From Octopus bimaculoides (taxonomy: Eukaryota): a stretch of 64,000 bases of DNA. The notes under the pieces are model-generated. The model saw nothing but the letters and a program-made list of their open reading frames with translations, ran no database searches and was not told where the DNA came from. Each line of letters begins with the position of its first letter. Within the stretch, counting starts at the first letter, position 1. The position numbers were made by a program, and so were the translations under genes. The stretch lies in the NCBI RefSeq assembly GCF_001194135.2, contig NC_069000.1, positions 28,879,403 through 28,943,402 on the forward strand. The letters run 5' to 3'. Shown here in pieces: positions 37,255 through 49,499 of the stretch.

Positions 37255-38478
37255 CCCATATCACAAACCCCTTCGGGTCGGTGGCCCTGCTTGATCTGTA
37301 GAAAAGGTGCAGGTAAAAACTCCATAATATGCACCCAGTGTAAGCTATGGACTCATAAGAGGTGCAGCAACATCAAAGGAAGATAGCTTTCGTGTGCGGC
37401 AGATGCACAGGGACAATAAACACCACAGATGCTCAGAAAACAGATTCCATCACATGCCAGGGGGAGAAACTAGAAGTAGTTGATAGTTTCCGCTACCTAG
37501 GTGACCAAGTTAGTAGTGGGGGTGGATGCTCAGAAAGTGTTACCATTAGAATAAGAATAGCCTGGGCAAAGTTTAGAAAGCTTCTACTCCTACTGGTGAC
37601 AAAGGGCCTCTCGCTCAGAGTAAAAGGTAGATTGTACGATGCATGTGTGTAAACTGCCATGCTTCGCAGCAGTGAAACATGGGCCATGACTGCTGAGGAC
37701 ATGCGTAGGATTGAAAGAAATAAAGCTAGCATGATCTGCTGGATGTGTAATGTCAGTGTACACACACGACAGAGTGTAAGCACCCTGAGAGTAATGTTGC
37801 ACATAAGAAGCATTGGATGTGGCATGCAAGAGAGACATTTACTCTGGTGTGGTCATGTACTACGGATGGATGAGGAGAGCTGTGTGAAGAAGTGTCACTC
37901 CCAGACAGTTGAAGGAACCTGAGGTAGAGGTAGACCCAGGAAGACATGGAATAAGGTGGTGAAGCATGACCTTCGAATGTTGGGCCTCACAGAGGCAATG
38001 TTGAAAGACCAAGACCTCTGGAGATATGCTGTGACTGAGAAGACCCGGCAAATAAAGTGAGTTCACGGCTATAACCTACACAATTGTGGCATAACCAGCC
38101 CTAACCTACCCAAAAGTACCTTGGATCATAGGGCGACATGCTGCGCTAGGGCAACATGCTGTGCTTGAGGAGACCTATTGAGTCAAGTACATCAAAATCA
38201 AAATCAAATGGAAATTGTAGTTGTGATCCCTGTGCCAGTGGCACATAAAAAGCACCAGCTGATCGTGTCATTGCCAGCCTCCTCTGGCCCCTGTGTCAGT
38301 GTCATATAAAAAGCACCCACTACACTCTCAGAGTGGTTGGCGTTAGGAAGGGCATCCAGCTGTAGAAACACTGCCAGATCAGACTGGAACCTGGTGCAGC
38401 CTCTTGCCTTCCCAGGCCTCAGTCGAACTGTCCAACCCATGCCAGCATGGAAAACGGACGTTAAACGATGATGATGAC
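37255..38478 (+). mobile_element. 5'-truncated RTE LINE with a PHD-like finger, RT C-terminus and complete 3' UTR
   Basis: WPCLICRKG..CTQCKLWTHKRC..FVCGRC; LEVVDSFRYLGDQV; RIRIAWAKFR; GRLYDACV; SSETWAM; WCGHVLRM; GRGRPRKTW; tail aaacgatgatgatgacgat. Confidence 0.92.
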
Positions 38479-38649
38479 GATAAAACCTGTAAACTAAGAG
38501 GTAAACAAACCTGAAGCAGACATAGAGTAGAGAAGGCATGTCATTGATGAGGTTGCAAATGGTGATGAAAGGACTTTGACAAATCTAACTGAATGCTTGT
38601 TTGACTAAATGATCAAGCAAATAATCAATTTTTTAATTTAGCTAATAAT

Positions 38650-38870
38650 GATAATGGTTTCAAATGTTGGCACGGGGCCAGCAATTTTGGGGGAGGGGCT
38701 AAGTCTATTAGAATCCCAGTGCTCGACTGGTACTTATTTTATTGACCCCAAAAGGATGAAAGGCAAAGTCAATCTCAGTGGAATTTGAACTCAGAACATA
38801 AAGATGGATGAAAAGTTGCTAAGCGTTTTGCCCAGCATGCTAACAATTCTGCTAGATCACTGCCTTGACT
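38650..38870 (-). mobile_element. SINE family C
   Basis: ttttattgaccccaaaaggatgaaaggcaaagtc..gaatttgaactcag..gctaagcgttttgcccagc. Confidence 0.8.
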
Positions 38871-39679
38871 AATAATAATGTTAATGAATATGAAATAGAA
38901 CCAGAGTATATGTTTATTATTGGCATAATGACCTTCCCCAAATACAAAACAATCTGATCCAACATATGGTTTTGCACCAAGAATCTTGCAAACCAACTAC
39001 AAAAGCTTAATGAAGACCTTTTTGAAGACCTTTTTTGATTCAGTTAGTCCATATATATCATATATAGTTCAAATTTACAGAAAACAACAGACAAAGACAG
39101 GTGATGAAACAACAAACAGGTGTATTAGTTTAACACACAGGAAGAATGGAAAAGTTTTTGATGTTCTGAGCCTATGTTCTTCAACAGAAAGGATTAAGAG
39201 GAAAAAAAAAATGGGGAGAAAAGAAATGTGTTGGGATTAACAGTTCAACATGAAAAAAAAATATCATATCATATTCACTCACTCATTTTACACCTGTTTT
39301 ACATGCTATTGTGGGTTAGATGAATATGTTATGGAAGTAATGTCTTACAGCTGCCACTAGCCTTGTTTATTGAGTAAGAGATGTTTTATTTCAGATGGTT
39401 TAGAAAACACAAAAAGAACACATGATTTGTTGACAGGAAAAATGAAAATATATTTTCACTTTTATGTTGCAAAATTTGTAGAAAAGAGTGCAAATGTAGA
39501 CAAACACAGATATACACATTTTTGCACACATACATACACACACATACGTATGTATGTATGTGTATGTACAATAGTTTTCTTTCTTTTTCCACTCACTGAT
39601 CCAGAGCTATCTTAGTATTAGTATAGGCACCCAGGCAAACCAGTACACTAGGCCCAATAGTACTTTATGAATATTACTT

Positions 39680-39990
39680 TCTTTGACAAGATCAGGAATG
39701 AAGAGATCCTGTGGTGCGCTGGTCTACCTCCTATGATGGAAATCCTCATTGATAGAAACTTATGTTAGTTGGGTCACATGCACAGGATGGACAACAATAG
39801 ACTCACCAGAGAAATCATTTACTACCAACAATGCAAAGGGAAAAGAAACCATGGAAAACCTGGACTGAGATTCAAAGATATTGCAAAAAGGGATATAAAG
39901 TGGAAAGGAATTGATCATCATAAGTGGCAAACCTAAGAAAAAAATCGACCAGAATACAAAAAGCTTATCAAGACATGCCAAAGCCATGAA
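39680..39990 (+). mobile_element. RTE (BovB-like) ORF C-terminal fragment
   Basis: EILWCAGLPP..LGHMHRMDNNRLTREIIY..GKRNHGKPGLRFKDIAKRDIK. Confidence 0.65.
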
Positions 39991-40725
39991 CAGTCATAGT
40001 TACAACAACTTGCTGCAGATAATATTGCCAGCAAGCCACAGCATACATAGATTAGAATTGGGCTCCTAGGCCTGTGGGGTACCCGGGCAACTGCCCAGTG
40101 TGCCCATGCCTGAAGACAGCACTGACTAAATCCACCCACGTTGTTAGGGTGTTGGGTTTTTGATCATAAGGTTATGGGTTCAGTTCCAAGACCAAGGAGA
40201 TGGTGAGCAAGGCACTTTTTTTTGTTTTGTTCCACTCTACTCAGCTGAAATATGAACCAACTGAGCAGTGGTGAAGCCAGCTGAAGATGTGTCTATGTCT
40301 GCCCTTGATTACACATACATCTAAAACAATTAACAAAAATATGGTAGATGCTACCAAATCTTATTTATTTGTGAGTGATGACTAAAGTTAACTCTCACAT
40401 TTGATACACTTAAGGTGATGGAAATAATATTAAATGAGCTTCTATCGTAACAATAACTAAAAAGGTTTCCACAAACCAAGATCTTTTGAAAAACCTTTAC
40501 TCTTACATACATCATGTTGCAACTACCTAAACTACCAAACTATCGGTTTCATCATTCCATAATATGGATTGGAATCTGAAGTAAGGGGGGAAGCTTTTCT
40601 TAGTTGTAAGCCATATGAGACATTGCCTCTGCATAAACAAAGCCACACCACTAAAAGAGAAATTTAAGGAATATTGCATATTCTATAAAAAAAATTTATT
40701 AGCAACAGAAGCAGTATTAATACCA

Positions 40726-41053
40726 AGAGGTAATATTAATCCCCACTTAAACATGGGTGTTCTTTTAGAACAAACTATACTGTGGTAGATACAATGAGAA
40801 AAACTCTCATACTGGCTTTTGGTGCAAAATGCACTTGGTCAAACATCCATCATTGACAAGACCAAAGAAGGTCGAAATCACATGATCTGGTGGCCTTGGC
40901 ACTTGGAAGTGGTGAAGATTTGTCTCCCAACCAGCAATATAAACAGGAGTGGATTTTGCATAAATAGCCAATATGAGAGTTTCTCTCGTGGTATCTACCA
41001 CAGTATAGTTTTAACAGAACATCCATATTTAAGTGAGGATTAATATTACCTCT
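40726..41053. mobile_element. MITE, ~330 bp, with ~110-bp TIRs
   Basis: agaggtaatattaatccccacttaaacatggg..ctatactgtggtagatac..aaactctcata vs its reverse complement ending ...gattaatattacctct. Confidence 0.8.
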
Positions 41054-41341
41054 CTGTACATACTATGTTTTCATTGATTGATAATTCAGTGAATCCCTAG
41101 CTTCATTGATCCTTGAGCCAATAAGGGAATCACTTAAACTGCCTGAAATAGTAATCAATTGTCCCTCAGATCACACCCTAGTGAGGGACATATTGGATAC
41201 ACTGATTAAAAGAAAAGATGGGATGTCTATCACTTGAATGTTTCTGATTGTAAGACTGTCTGCTCAGGCAGGGCCAAACTGTGGTTCAACAATAACTACC
41301 AACAAACAAAAAACACCACCAACACCAACACCAACATGAAA

Positions 41342-41461
41342 CCAACCAACCAACCGACCAACCAATCAACCAACCAACCAACAACCAGCCAACCAACCAC
41401 ACAACCAGCCAACCAACCAGCCAGCCAACCAGCCAACCAGCCAACCAACCAGCCAACCAAC
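41342..41461. repeat. (AACC/AGCC)n microsatellite
   Basis: Read directly. Confidence 0.95.
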
Positions 41462-41728
41462 ACTTAGGCTCTATCCATTTACTAATATATACAACAACTA
41501 GCCACCTGTTAGCAACAATTAACAAAGCTATTTTATAACCACCAACTCCTCCCCCGCCTCCACTTCCTCTCTTCCTTCTCTCCCCCACCATCTCTTGCTT
41601 TTCCCTCTTTTCTTTTTTCTTCTTTAGCAATGCCTGAAGCAACTTTTACAATTCAGTAACTTTTTATAACCATCAGCAAAAGGATTAACCCAAATTACAT
41701 CCAACCATCATTTTATACAAACACACAC

Positions 41729-41770
<42 letters not shown>

Positions 41771-43107
41771 NNNNNNNNNNNNNNNNNNNNNNNNNNNNNN
41801 NNNNNNNNNNNNNNNNNNNNNNNNNNNNNNNNNNNNNNNNNNNNNNNNNNNNNNNNNNNNNNNNNNNNNNNNNNNNNNNNNNNNNNNNNNNNNNNNNNNN
41901 NNNNNNNNNNNNNNNNNNNNNNNNNNNNNNNNNNNNNNNNNNNNNNNNNNNNNNNNNNNNNNNNNNNNNNNNNNNNNNNNNNNNNNNNNNNNNNNNNNNN
42001 NNNNNNNNNNNNNNNNNNNNNNNNNNNNNNNNNNNNNNNNNNNNNNNNNNNNNNNNNNNNNNNNNNNNNNNNNNNNNNNNNNNNNNNNNNNNNNNNNNNN
42101 NNNNNNNNNNNNNNNNNNNNNNNNNNNNNNNNNNNNNNNNNNNNNNNNNNNNNNNNNNNNNNNNNNNNNNNNNNNNNNNNNNNNNNNNNNNNNNNNNNNN
42201 NNNNNNNNNNNNNNNNNNNNNNNNNNNNNNNNNNNNNNNNNNNNNNNNNNNNNNNNNNNNNNNNNNNNNNNNNNNNNNNNNNNNNNNNNNNNNNNNNNNN
42301 NNNNNNNNNNNNNNNNNNNNNNNNNNNNNNNNNNNNNNNNNNNNNNNNNNNNNNNNNNNNNNNNNNNNNNNNNNNNNNNNNNNNNNNNNNNNNNNNNNNN
42401 NNNNNNNNNNNNNNNNNNNNNNNNNNNNNNNNNNNNNNNNNNNNNNNNNNNNNNNNNNNNNNNNNNNNNNNNNNNNNNNNNNNNNNNNNNNNNNNNNNNN
42501 NNNNNNNNNNNNNNNNNNNNNNNNNGTGGTGGTGGTAGTAGTAGTAGTAAGGGAAAAAGAAAAAAGAAAAAAGAAGGGAAAAGTTAAAATGACCCCCTTA
42601 TGCAAACCCCCAACGAAATTTAATCCTGTAATAATCATGTTACTGCTGCTGTTAGTGCTGCTGCTGAAAGGATTTTGTCTATTTCTGTTATTTCAAATAA
42701 GTATTAACATTCTTTTGGGTATATATACTGGAAATTATATGTTTGCCTTGCTTTTATAAAGTGAGCAGTGTAGTAGTAGTAGAGGAGAAGAAAGAAAAAG
42801 TAGAAGAAATAGCAGCTACATCACTCAAATCACATTCTCCTGTCTGAAATATATTGGACAATGATATACAAAAGGATGGGAAGTCATGGTTAGAACGCTT
42901 TTTATCATAGACCTACTCAGTTAGGTTTGTACGTATACAAAACAACAAAAGCAATGACAATGGGAAAGGCACACAGGTTGCTACAACTCCAGTTTAGCTA
43001 AACACAGATTGATTGATACATCTGAACATAAAAGCTTATGCAATTGGCTTACTATATTGCATTAGAATGAAAAAGAAATAGAAAGATTTATCATTTTGCT
43101 TTGGCAT

Positions 43108-43168
<61 letters not shown>

Positions 43169-43304
43169 GGTGGGGTTGTACACATTAAAAAAATTGAAAG
43201 AAAACCTGCAACTACTAATTTATCTACAAATCTCTTTACATACATATATGTGCGTCTCTACCTTTCTCCCTCACTCTCTGTATACTTATATATGTATGTA
43301 TGTC

Positions 43305-43830
43305 TGGGTGTAGCTGTGTGGTAAGAAGTTTGCTTCCCAATGACATGGTTCCAGGTTCAGTCCCACTGCGTGGCACCTTGGGCAAGTGTCATTGGATTTG
43401 GTAGATGGAAACTGGAAGGACTGCCACACACATATATATATGTATGTGTGTGTTTATGATGTAAACATACCATGACCACTAGACAAATGATGTTGATATG
43501 TTTATGTCCCCATAACTCAGGGGCAAATTAGACCCATAGAATAAGCACTAGGCTTTAAAAAAAATGTACCAGAGTCAATTTGCTTGACTAAAATTCTTCA
43601 AGGCAGTACTCCAGCATGGCTGCAGTCTGATGACTGAAACAAGTAAAAGATATGTAGGCATCACAGGCATGACTATGTGTTAAGAAATTTGCCTTACAAC
43701 CACATAGTTCCTGGTTCAGTCCTATTGTGTGTTACCTTGGGCAAGTGTCTTCTACTATAGCCTTGAGCCAACCAAAGCCTTCTGTATGGAGTTGGTAGAC
43801 AGAAACTGAAAGAAGCCCATCATGTGTGCA
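43305..43830 (+). mobile_element. Two tandem SINE family A copies
   Basis: Heads gctgtgtggtaagaagtttgcttccc..ccaggttcagtcccactgcgtggcaccttgggcaag at ~43312 and ~43675. Confidence 0.8.
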
Positions 43831-44675
43831 TGTGTGTGTGTGTGTGTATGTGTATGTGTGTGTGTGATTGTGTGTGTGTGTAAATGTATAGATATGATGG
43901 AAATAAAAGAAATATTGAACATAATACATGAGAATATATATGTATACACACACACACACACACACACACACANNNNNNNNNNNNNNNNNNNNNNNNNNNN
44001 NNNNNNNNNNNNNNNNNNNNNNNNNNNNNNNNNNNNNNNNNNNNNNNNNNNNNNNNNNNNNNNNNNNNNNNNNNNNNNNNNNNNNNNNNNNNNNNNNNNN
44101 NNNNNNNNNNNNNNNNNNNNNNNNNNNNNNNNNNNNNNNNNNNNNNNNNNNNNNNNNNNNNNNNNNNNNNNNNNNNNNNNNNNNNNNNNNNNNNNNNNNN
44201 NNNNNNNNNNNNNNNNNNNNNNNNNNNNNNNNNNNNNNNNNNNNNNNNNNNNNNNNNNNNNNNNNNNNNNNNNNNNNNNNNNNNNNNNNNNNNNNNNNNN
44301 NNNNNNNNNNNNNNNNNNNNNNNNNNNNNNNNNNNNNNNNNNNNNNNNNNNNNNNNNNNNNNNNNNNNNNNNNNNNNNNNNNNNNNNNNNNNNNNNNNNN
44401 NNNNNNNNNNNNNNNNNNNNNNNNNNNNNNNNNNNNNNNNNNNNNNNNNNNNNNNNNNNNNNNNNNNNNNNNNNNNNNNNNNNNNNNNNNNNNNNNNNNN
44501 NNNNNNNNNNNNNNNNNNNNNNNNNNNNNNNNNNNNNNNNNNNNNNNNNNNNNNNNNNNNNNNNNNNNNNNNNNNNNNNNNNNNNNNNNNNATATATATA
44601 TATATATATATATAAGCAATGTTAATTCTCTAAATGAAGTATTAACAGTAACTGCACGATAAAGTGTAGTATATT

Positions 44676-44880
44676 GCCACTTAAGTGTGGCTGACCCCTA
44701 GGGGTGGATGTTACTGTTGCTTTTAGCCCCAGGAGGACATCTCCTCCAGCTGGCTTATCGACACACGACTGTGTCCTGTTTGCCAAGGGAAGTTATCCCT
44801 CTCACCTCGATCTGCAGCACGAACGTATCCGGATTTCAGGGTTATTTCCCTTCGTCGGCGTCCGACAGCTGATGACCTTG
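44676..44880 (-). ncRNA. GC/CpG-rich multi-hairpin cassette carrying a hammerhead (retrozyme/PLE-UTR-like)
   Basis: Hairpins or palindromes at 44676-91, 44695-704, 44732-47, 44760-75, 44786-800, plus the hammerhead; flanks are AT-rich or TA repeat. Confidence 0.55.
44821..44863 (-). ncRNA. Type I hammerhead ribozyme variant (U4C, A-U closing stem II)
   Basis: Minus strand GGACG-CCGACGA-AGGG aaataa CCCT-GAA-ATCCGGAT-A-CGTTC; 5-bp stem I with one G-U, palindromic stem III. Confidence 0.8.
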
Positions 44881-44901
44881 GTATATATATATACATATAC
44901 A

Positions 44902-45550
44902 CAGTGTGTCCCAAATGTCACTGATGGGTTTGAATTTCTATTAACTTCCTTAACTTTACTAATAAATCCATGAAATATTGATACAATATAAAGGACAAAA
45001 TGGAAATTAATATTCATAAGTCAAATTTTGCAACACCACTACATTACATATGAAAAATGGCAGCCATTTTTGGATTTGCACACAGGTTGTCCAGTTTGTT
45101 AACATAAACCCTTTCTTTCAGGTATCCCCACAAGAAAAAATCTGGGCTAGTCAAGATTGGTGACTGCAAAGGCCAGTTGACATTGCTGTAGTGGGAGATT
45201 AATTCTCTCTTCAAAGCACTGCTGTAGCAACTGCATTGTTTCTCTCATGGTATGAGCAGTTACCCCATCTTGCTGGAACCACGTATGAGGTCTACTTTGA
45301 ATGGCCAGGCAGAAAAAGGTCTTAGTCATGGATACCTGAAGGAGAGGGTTTACGTCAACAAACCGGAGACCCTGGTGCAACTGAAGGAGAACATCAATAG
45401 AGAAATTAGAGAAATGGGGTCTAAAACTCTTAAGGGTGCTATGGTGCAAGTTTTGGAAAGAGCACGGGTGTGCAAAGCTGAACATGGCTGCCATTTAAGT
45501 GATGTCATTTTTCATATGTGATGTAGTGGTGTTGCAAAATTTGATTTGTG
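44902..45550. mobile_element. Tc1/mariner derivative with inverted duplication of the transposase 3' end
   Basis: Minus: FQQDGVTAH..GYLKERVYVNK; plus: GYLKERVYVNKPETL..IFHM; both arms end ttttcatatgtRatgtagtggtgttgcaaaatttga; left TIR-like cagtgtgtccc. Confidence 0.8.
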
Positions 45551-46346
45551 CATATATATNNNNNNNNNNNNNNNNNNNNNNNNNNNNNNNNNNNNNNNNN
45601 NNNNNNNNNNNNNNNNNNNNNNNNNNNNNNNNNNNNNNNNNNNNNNNNNNNNNNNNNNNNNNNNNNNNNNNNNNNNNNNNNNNNNNNNNNNNNNNNNNNN
45701 NNNNNNNNNNNNNNNNNNNNNNNNNNNNNNNNNNNNNNNNNNNNNNNNNNNNNNNNNNNNNNNNNNNNNNNNNNNNNNNNNNNNNNNNNNNNNNNNNNNN
45801 NNNNNNNNNNNNNNNNNNNNNNNNNNNNNNNNNNNNNNNNNNNNNNNNNNNNNNNNNNNNNNNNNNNNNNNNNNNNNNNNNNNNNNNNNNNNNNNNNNNN
45901 NNNNNNNNNNNNNNNNNNNNNNNNNNNNNNNNNNNNNNNNNNNNNNNNNNNNNNNNNNNNNNNNNNNNNNNNNNNNNNNNNNNNNNNNNNNNNNNNNNNN
46001 NNNNNNNNNNNNNNNNNNNNNNNNNNNNNNNNNNNNNNNNNNNNNNNNNNNNNNNNNNNNNNNNNNNNNNNNNNNNNNNNNNNNNNNNNNNNNNNNNNNN
46101 NNNNNNNNNNNNNNNNNNNNNNNNNNNNNNNNNNNNNNNNNNNNNNNNNNNNNNNNNNNNNNNNNNNNNNNNNNNNNNNNNNNNNNNNNNNNNNNNNNNN
46201 NNNNNNNNNNNNNNNNNNNNNNNNNNNNNNNNNNNNNNNNNNNNNNNNNNNNNNNNNNNNNNNNNNNNNNNNNNNNNNNNNNNNNNNNNNNNNNNATTGA
46301 TTTATTAATTAATAAATTGATAATCTTTTACCCTTTTAATTTGTAA

Positions 46347-46381
<35 letters not shown>

Positions 46382-46732
46382 CATATATATATGTGTGTGT
46401 GTGTATATTATTTATTATTTATTATTTAATTGAATGTGATGCATCCATTTCCAAGTAAGTTTATCCTCACCTTTTTGATGCGAATCTACTCTATACTCTT
46501 TTCTTCCTCCATCCTTCTCTAATTCCCTTTTTCTTCCCCTCCCTCCTTCACTGTTTTCTACCTGTCTCTCTCTCTTTCTCTCCTCTTTCTTTTTATCTCT
46601 CTCTCTCTTTAACTTATTTGTTTTCATGTTTCACGTTATTTGCACCATTGTTGATGTCCTGTACCCATATATGCATGTATATATATGTTATTTATTATAT
46701 ATAAAATATATATATATATATATATATATATG

Positions 46733-47490
46733 ACAGAGGTGGTATTAAAAAGTTCCTGGACTAGTTCAATAGTGTGCCAACAGATGACAGCACACGATTG
46801 CTGGCAGTGATCTTCATGAGGCAGTATGCCAAGTGACATCACTGTGTTTACTTTGCAAGCTGTGAAATTTGTGTTTTTGTGACTATGTGTATGTTGTAGT
46901 CTGTGATTTCATCATGGACAGGAAGTTCGATCAAAGCCAACATGAAATTTTGTGTTAAACTTGGAAAGTCTGCTCCAGAGATATTGAGCATGCTTTGGCA
47001 AGCTTATGGTGAGGCAATCGGTCATATGCTTCTTTTGGGTGGCATGGGTACTTCAAAAGTGGAAGAATGTCCCTGGAAGACCTGCCACAAGTATCATCCT
47101 CAGAAATGTGGAGGAAATTCATCAGCTTGTACATAAGCATTGTCAGAGGACAATCAACGAAATTGCTGATGTTGGTCTGTCATATGGATCCATGCAGGCA
47201 ATCATAACATCTGAATTGAACACGTGGCATGTCTCTGCCAAGTTTGTCCCACACCTGCTGACCACTGAGCAGAAAGTACATAGTGTTGAAGACTGTCAAG
47301 GTCTCTGTTAACGTGCCACTGATGACCATCCTTCATGTTTAAGCTCATCACCAGTGATGAGAGTTGGGTCTATGGGTATGATCCAGAGATGAAGAAGTAG
47401 TTGACACAATGGAAGAGCCTTTCATCTCCATGACCAAAAATGGCACAACAGAGCTGCAGCTCAATCAAGAGCATGCTCATTGTGGGACTT
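46733..47490 (+). mobile_element. mariner transposon, 3'-truncated
   Basis: ANMKFCVKLGKSAPE, FKSGR.SLED, VSAKFVPHLLT, ITSDESWVYGYDPE. Confidence 0.88.
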
Positions 47491-47604
47491 GTGTATTGCT
47501 GTGCAAGGTGATTATTTTGAAGGAGGAGATGATGTTAAAACTTAGGTAAGGAAGTTACGCAAATTCATGAAGCGTTCCATATTTTTAACCAAATACGATG
47601 ACCG

Positions 47605-48100
47605 GCACCTGTGCCAGTGGAGCGCTGACAGCACCATTCGAGCGGGATCATTGCCAGAGCAGCTGTCTGGCTTCCATGCTAGTAGCATGTAAGAAGCATC
47701 TTACTGGCACTTGTGCCAGTGGCACGTGAACAAAACATTCGAGCGAAGTCATTGCCAATTTCGCTGGACTGACTCCTGTGCAGGTGGCACGTAAAAAGCA
47801 CCATTTGAGCGTGGCCGTTGCTAGTACTGCCTGACTGGCCCTCGTGCCAGTGGCACTTAAAAGCACCCACTACACTCTTCGAGTGGTTGGCATTAGGAAG
47901 GGCATCCAGCTGTAGAAACTCTGCCAGATCAGATTGGAGCCTGGTGCAGCCATCTGGTTTNNNNNNNNNNCATCCAGCTGTAGAAACTCTGCCAGATCAG
48001 ATTGGAGCCTGGTGCAGCCATCTGGTTTGCCAGTCCTCAGTCAAATCATCCAACCCATGCTAGCAAGGAAAGCAGACGTTAAATGATGATGATGATGATA
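47605..48100 (+). mobile_element. RTE 3' UTR with ~65-bp tandem modules
   Basis: Modules start at 47611, 47676, 47713, 47778, 47844; ggaagggcatccagctg core; (GAT)n tail. Confidence 0.88.
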
Positions 48101-48552
48101 TATATGTATGTATGTGTGTATATATAGATATAAAATAAAAGATAAGATCTATATAAGATTTTATTGAGTAGCCAGCGTGTAAACCAGTTAAGGAAAAAAA
48201 TTAACACAAGGTATCTAATTTTTTCCTTTATATATGAAATACATTATAATATCAAGGGCTATTACTGTGTGTAAAATCCACAGGCTTAAATGGGACTCTA
48301 AAGTCAAACTACTTCAATAAGTATACCCACGCACCGACACCAGGAGAATGAAAACTAGGAGAAATTCCTTGAATAAAAAAAGGCTTAGTAGTATGCCATT
48401 TATTATTTCGATTAGATACACAGGGCAAGATGAACTAGGTAGAGATCCCTTTAAATTAGATTTATAAGTGTAAACATTTGTATATATTGTACTGGATGCG
48501 TTGTGTTTGTTTTGTATGTACAGATGTATATATATTTATTTTTCCTGGTTAT

Positions 48553-48618
48553 GTTCGTACTGATGAGTGGAGAACATGGTAATACATGGTGACCATGAAA
48601 TCATTAATGTTTACGCAC
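48553..48618 (+). ncRNA. Type I hammerhead ribozyme motif, slightly decayed
   Basis: GTtCGTA-CTGATGA-GTGG..CATG gtaata CATG..CCAT-GAA-AtCATTAATGT-T-TACGcAC; canonical core, one bulge in palindromic stem III. Confidence 0.6.
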
Positions 48619-48649
48619 AGTAATAGCCCTTGATATTATAATATATATC

Positions 48650-49470
48650 ATCAACATCGTTTAACGTCCGCTTTCCATGCTAGCATGGGTTGGACGATTT
48701 GACTGAGGACTGGTGAAACCGGATGGCAACACCAGGCTCCAATCTAATTTGGCAGAGTTTCTACAGCTGGATGCCCTTCCTAACGCCAACCACTCAGAGA
48801 GTGTAGTGGGTGCTTTTACGTGTCACCCGCACGAAGGCCAGTCAGGCGGCACCGGCAACGGCCACCCTCAAATGGTGCCTTCCATGTGCCACCCGCACAA
48901 GAGCCAGCCCAGGGGCACTGGCAACGATTTCGCTCGAAAATCCTACGAAGNNNNNNNNNNNNNNNNNNNNNNNNNNNNNNNNNNNNNNNNNNNNNNNNNN
49001 NNNNNNNNNNNNNNNNNNNNNNNNNNNNNNNNNNNNNNNNNNNNNNNNNNNNNNNNNNNNNNNNNNNNNNNNNNNNNNNNNNNNNNNNNNNNNNNNNNNN
49101 NNNNNNNNNNNNNNNNNNNNNNNNNNNNNNNNNNNNNNNNNNNNNNNNNNNNNNNNNNNNNNNNNNNNNNNNNNNNNNNNNNNNNNNNNNNNNNNNNNNN
49201 NNNNNNNNNNNNNNNNNNNNNNNNNNNNNNNNNNNNNNNNNNNNNNNNNNNNNNNNNNNNNNNNNNNNNNNNNNNNNNNNNNNNNNNNNNNNNNNNNNNN
49301 NNNNNNNNNNNNNNNNNNNNNNNNNNNNNNNNNNNNNNNNNNNNNNNNNNNNNNNNNNNNNNNNNNNNNNNNNNNNNNNNNNNNNNNNNNNNNNNNNNNN
49401 NNNNNNNNNNNNNNNNNNNNNNNNNNNNNNNNNNNNNNCCAGTCAGACGGCACTGGCAACGGCCACGCTC
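48650..49470 (-). mobile_element. RTE 3' UTR spanning a gap
   Basis: catcgtttaacgtcc..ccatgctagcatgg..ctacagctggatgcccttcctaacgcc and tandem modules on both sides of the N run. Confidence 0.85.
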
Positions 49471-49499
49471 ATATATATATATATTTATATATATATATA

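Noticed and set aside
39150-39200. Very degenerate hammerhead-like or pLTR-like motif on the minus strand
   Set aside because: Core too mutated to support a call.
47903-48028. Identical 58-bp direct repeat around a 10-N gap
   Set aside because: Typical unmerged contig overlap; assembly artefact.
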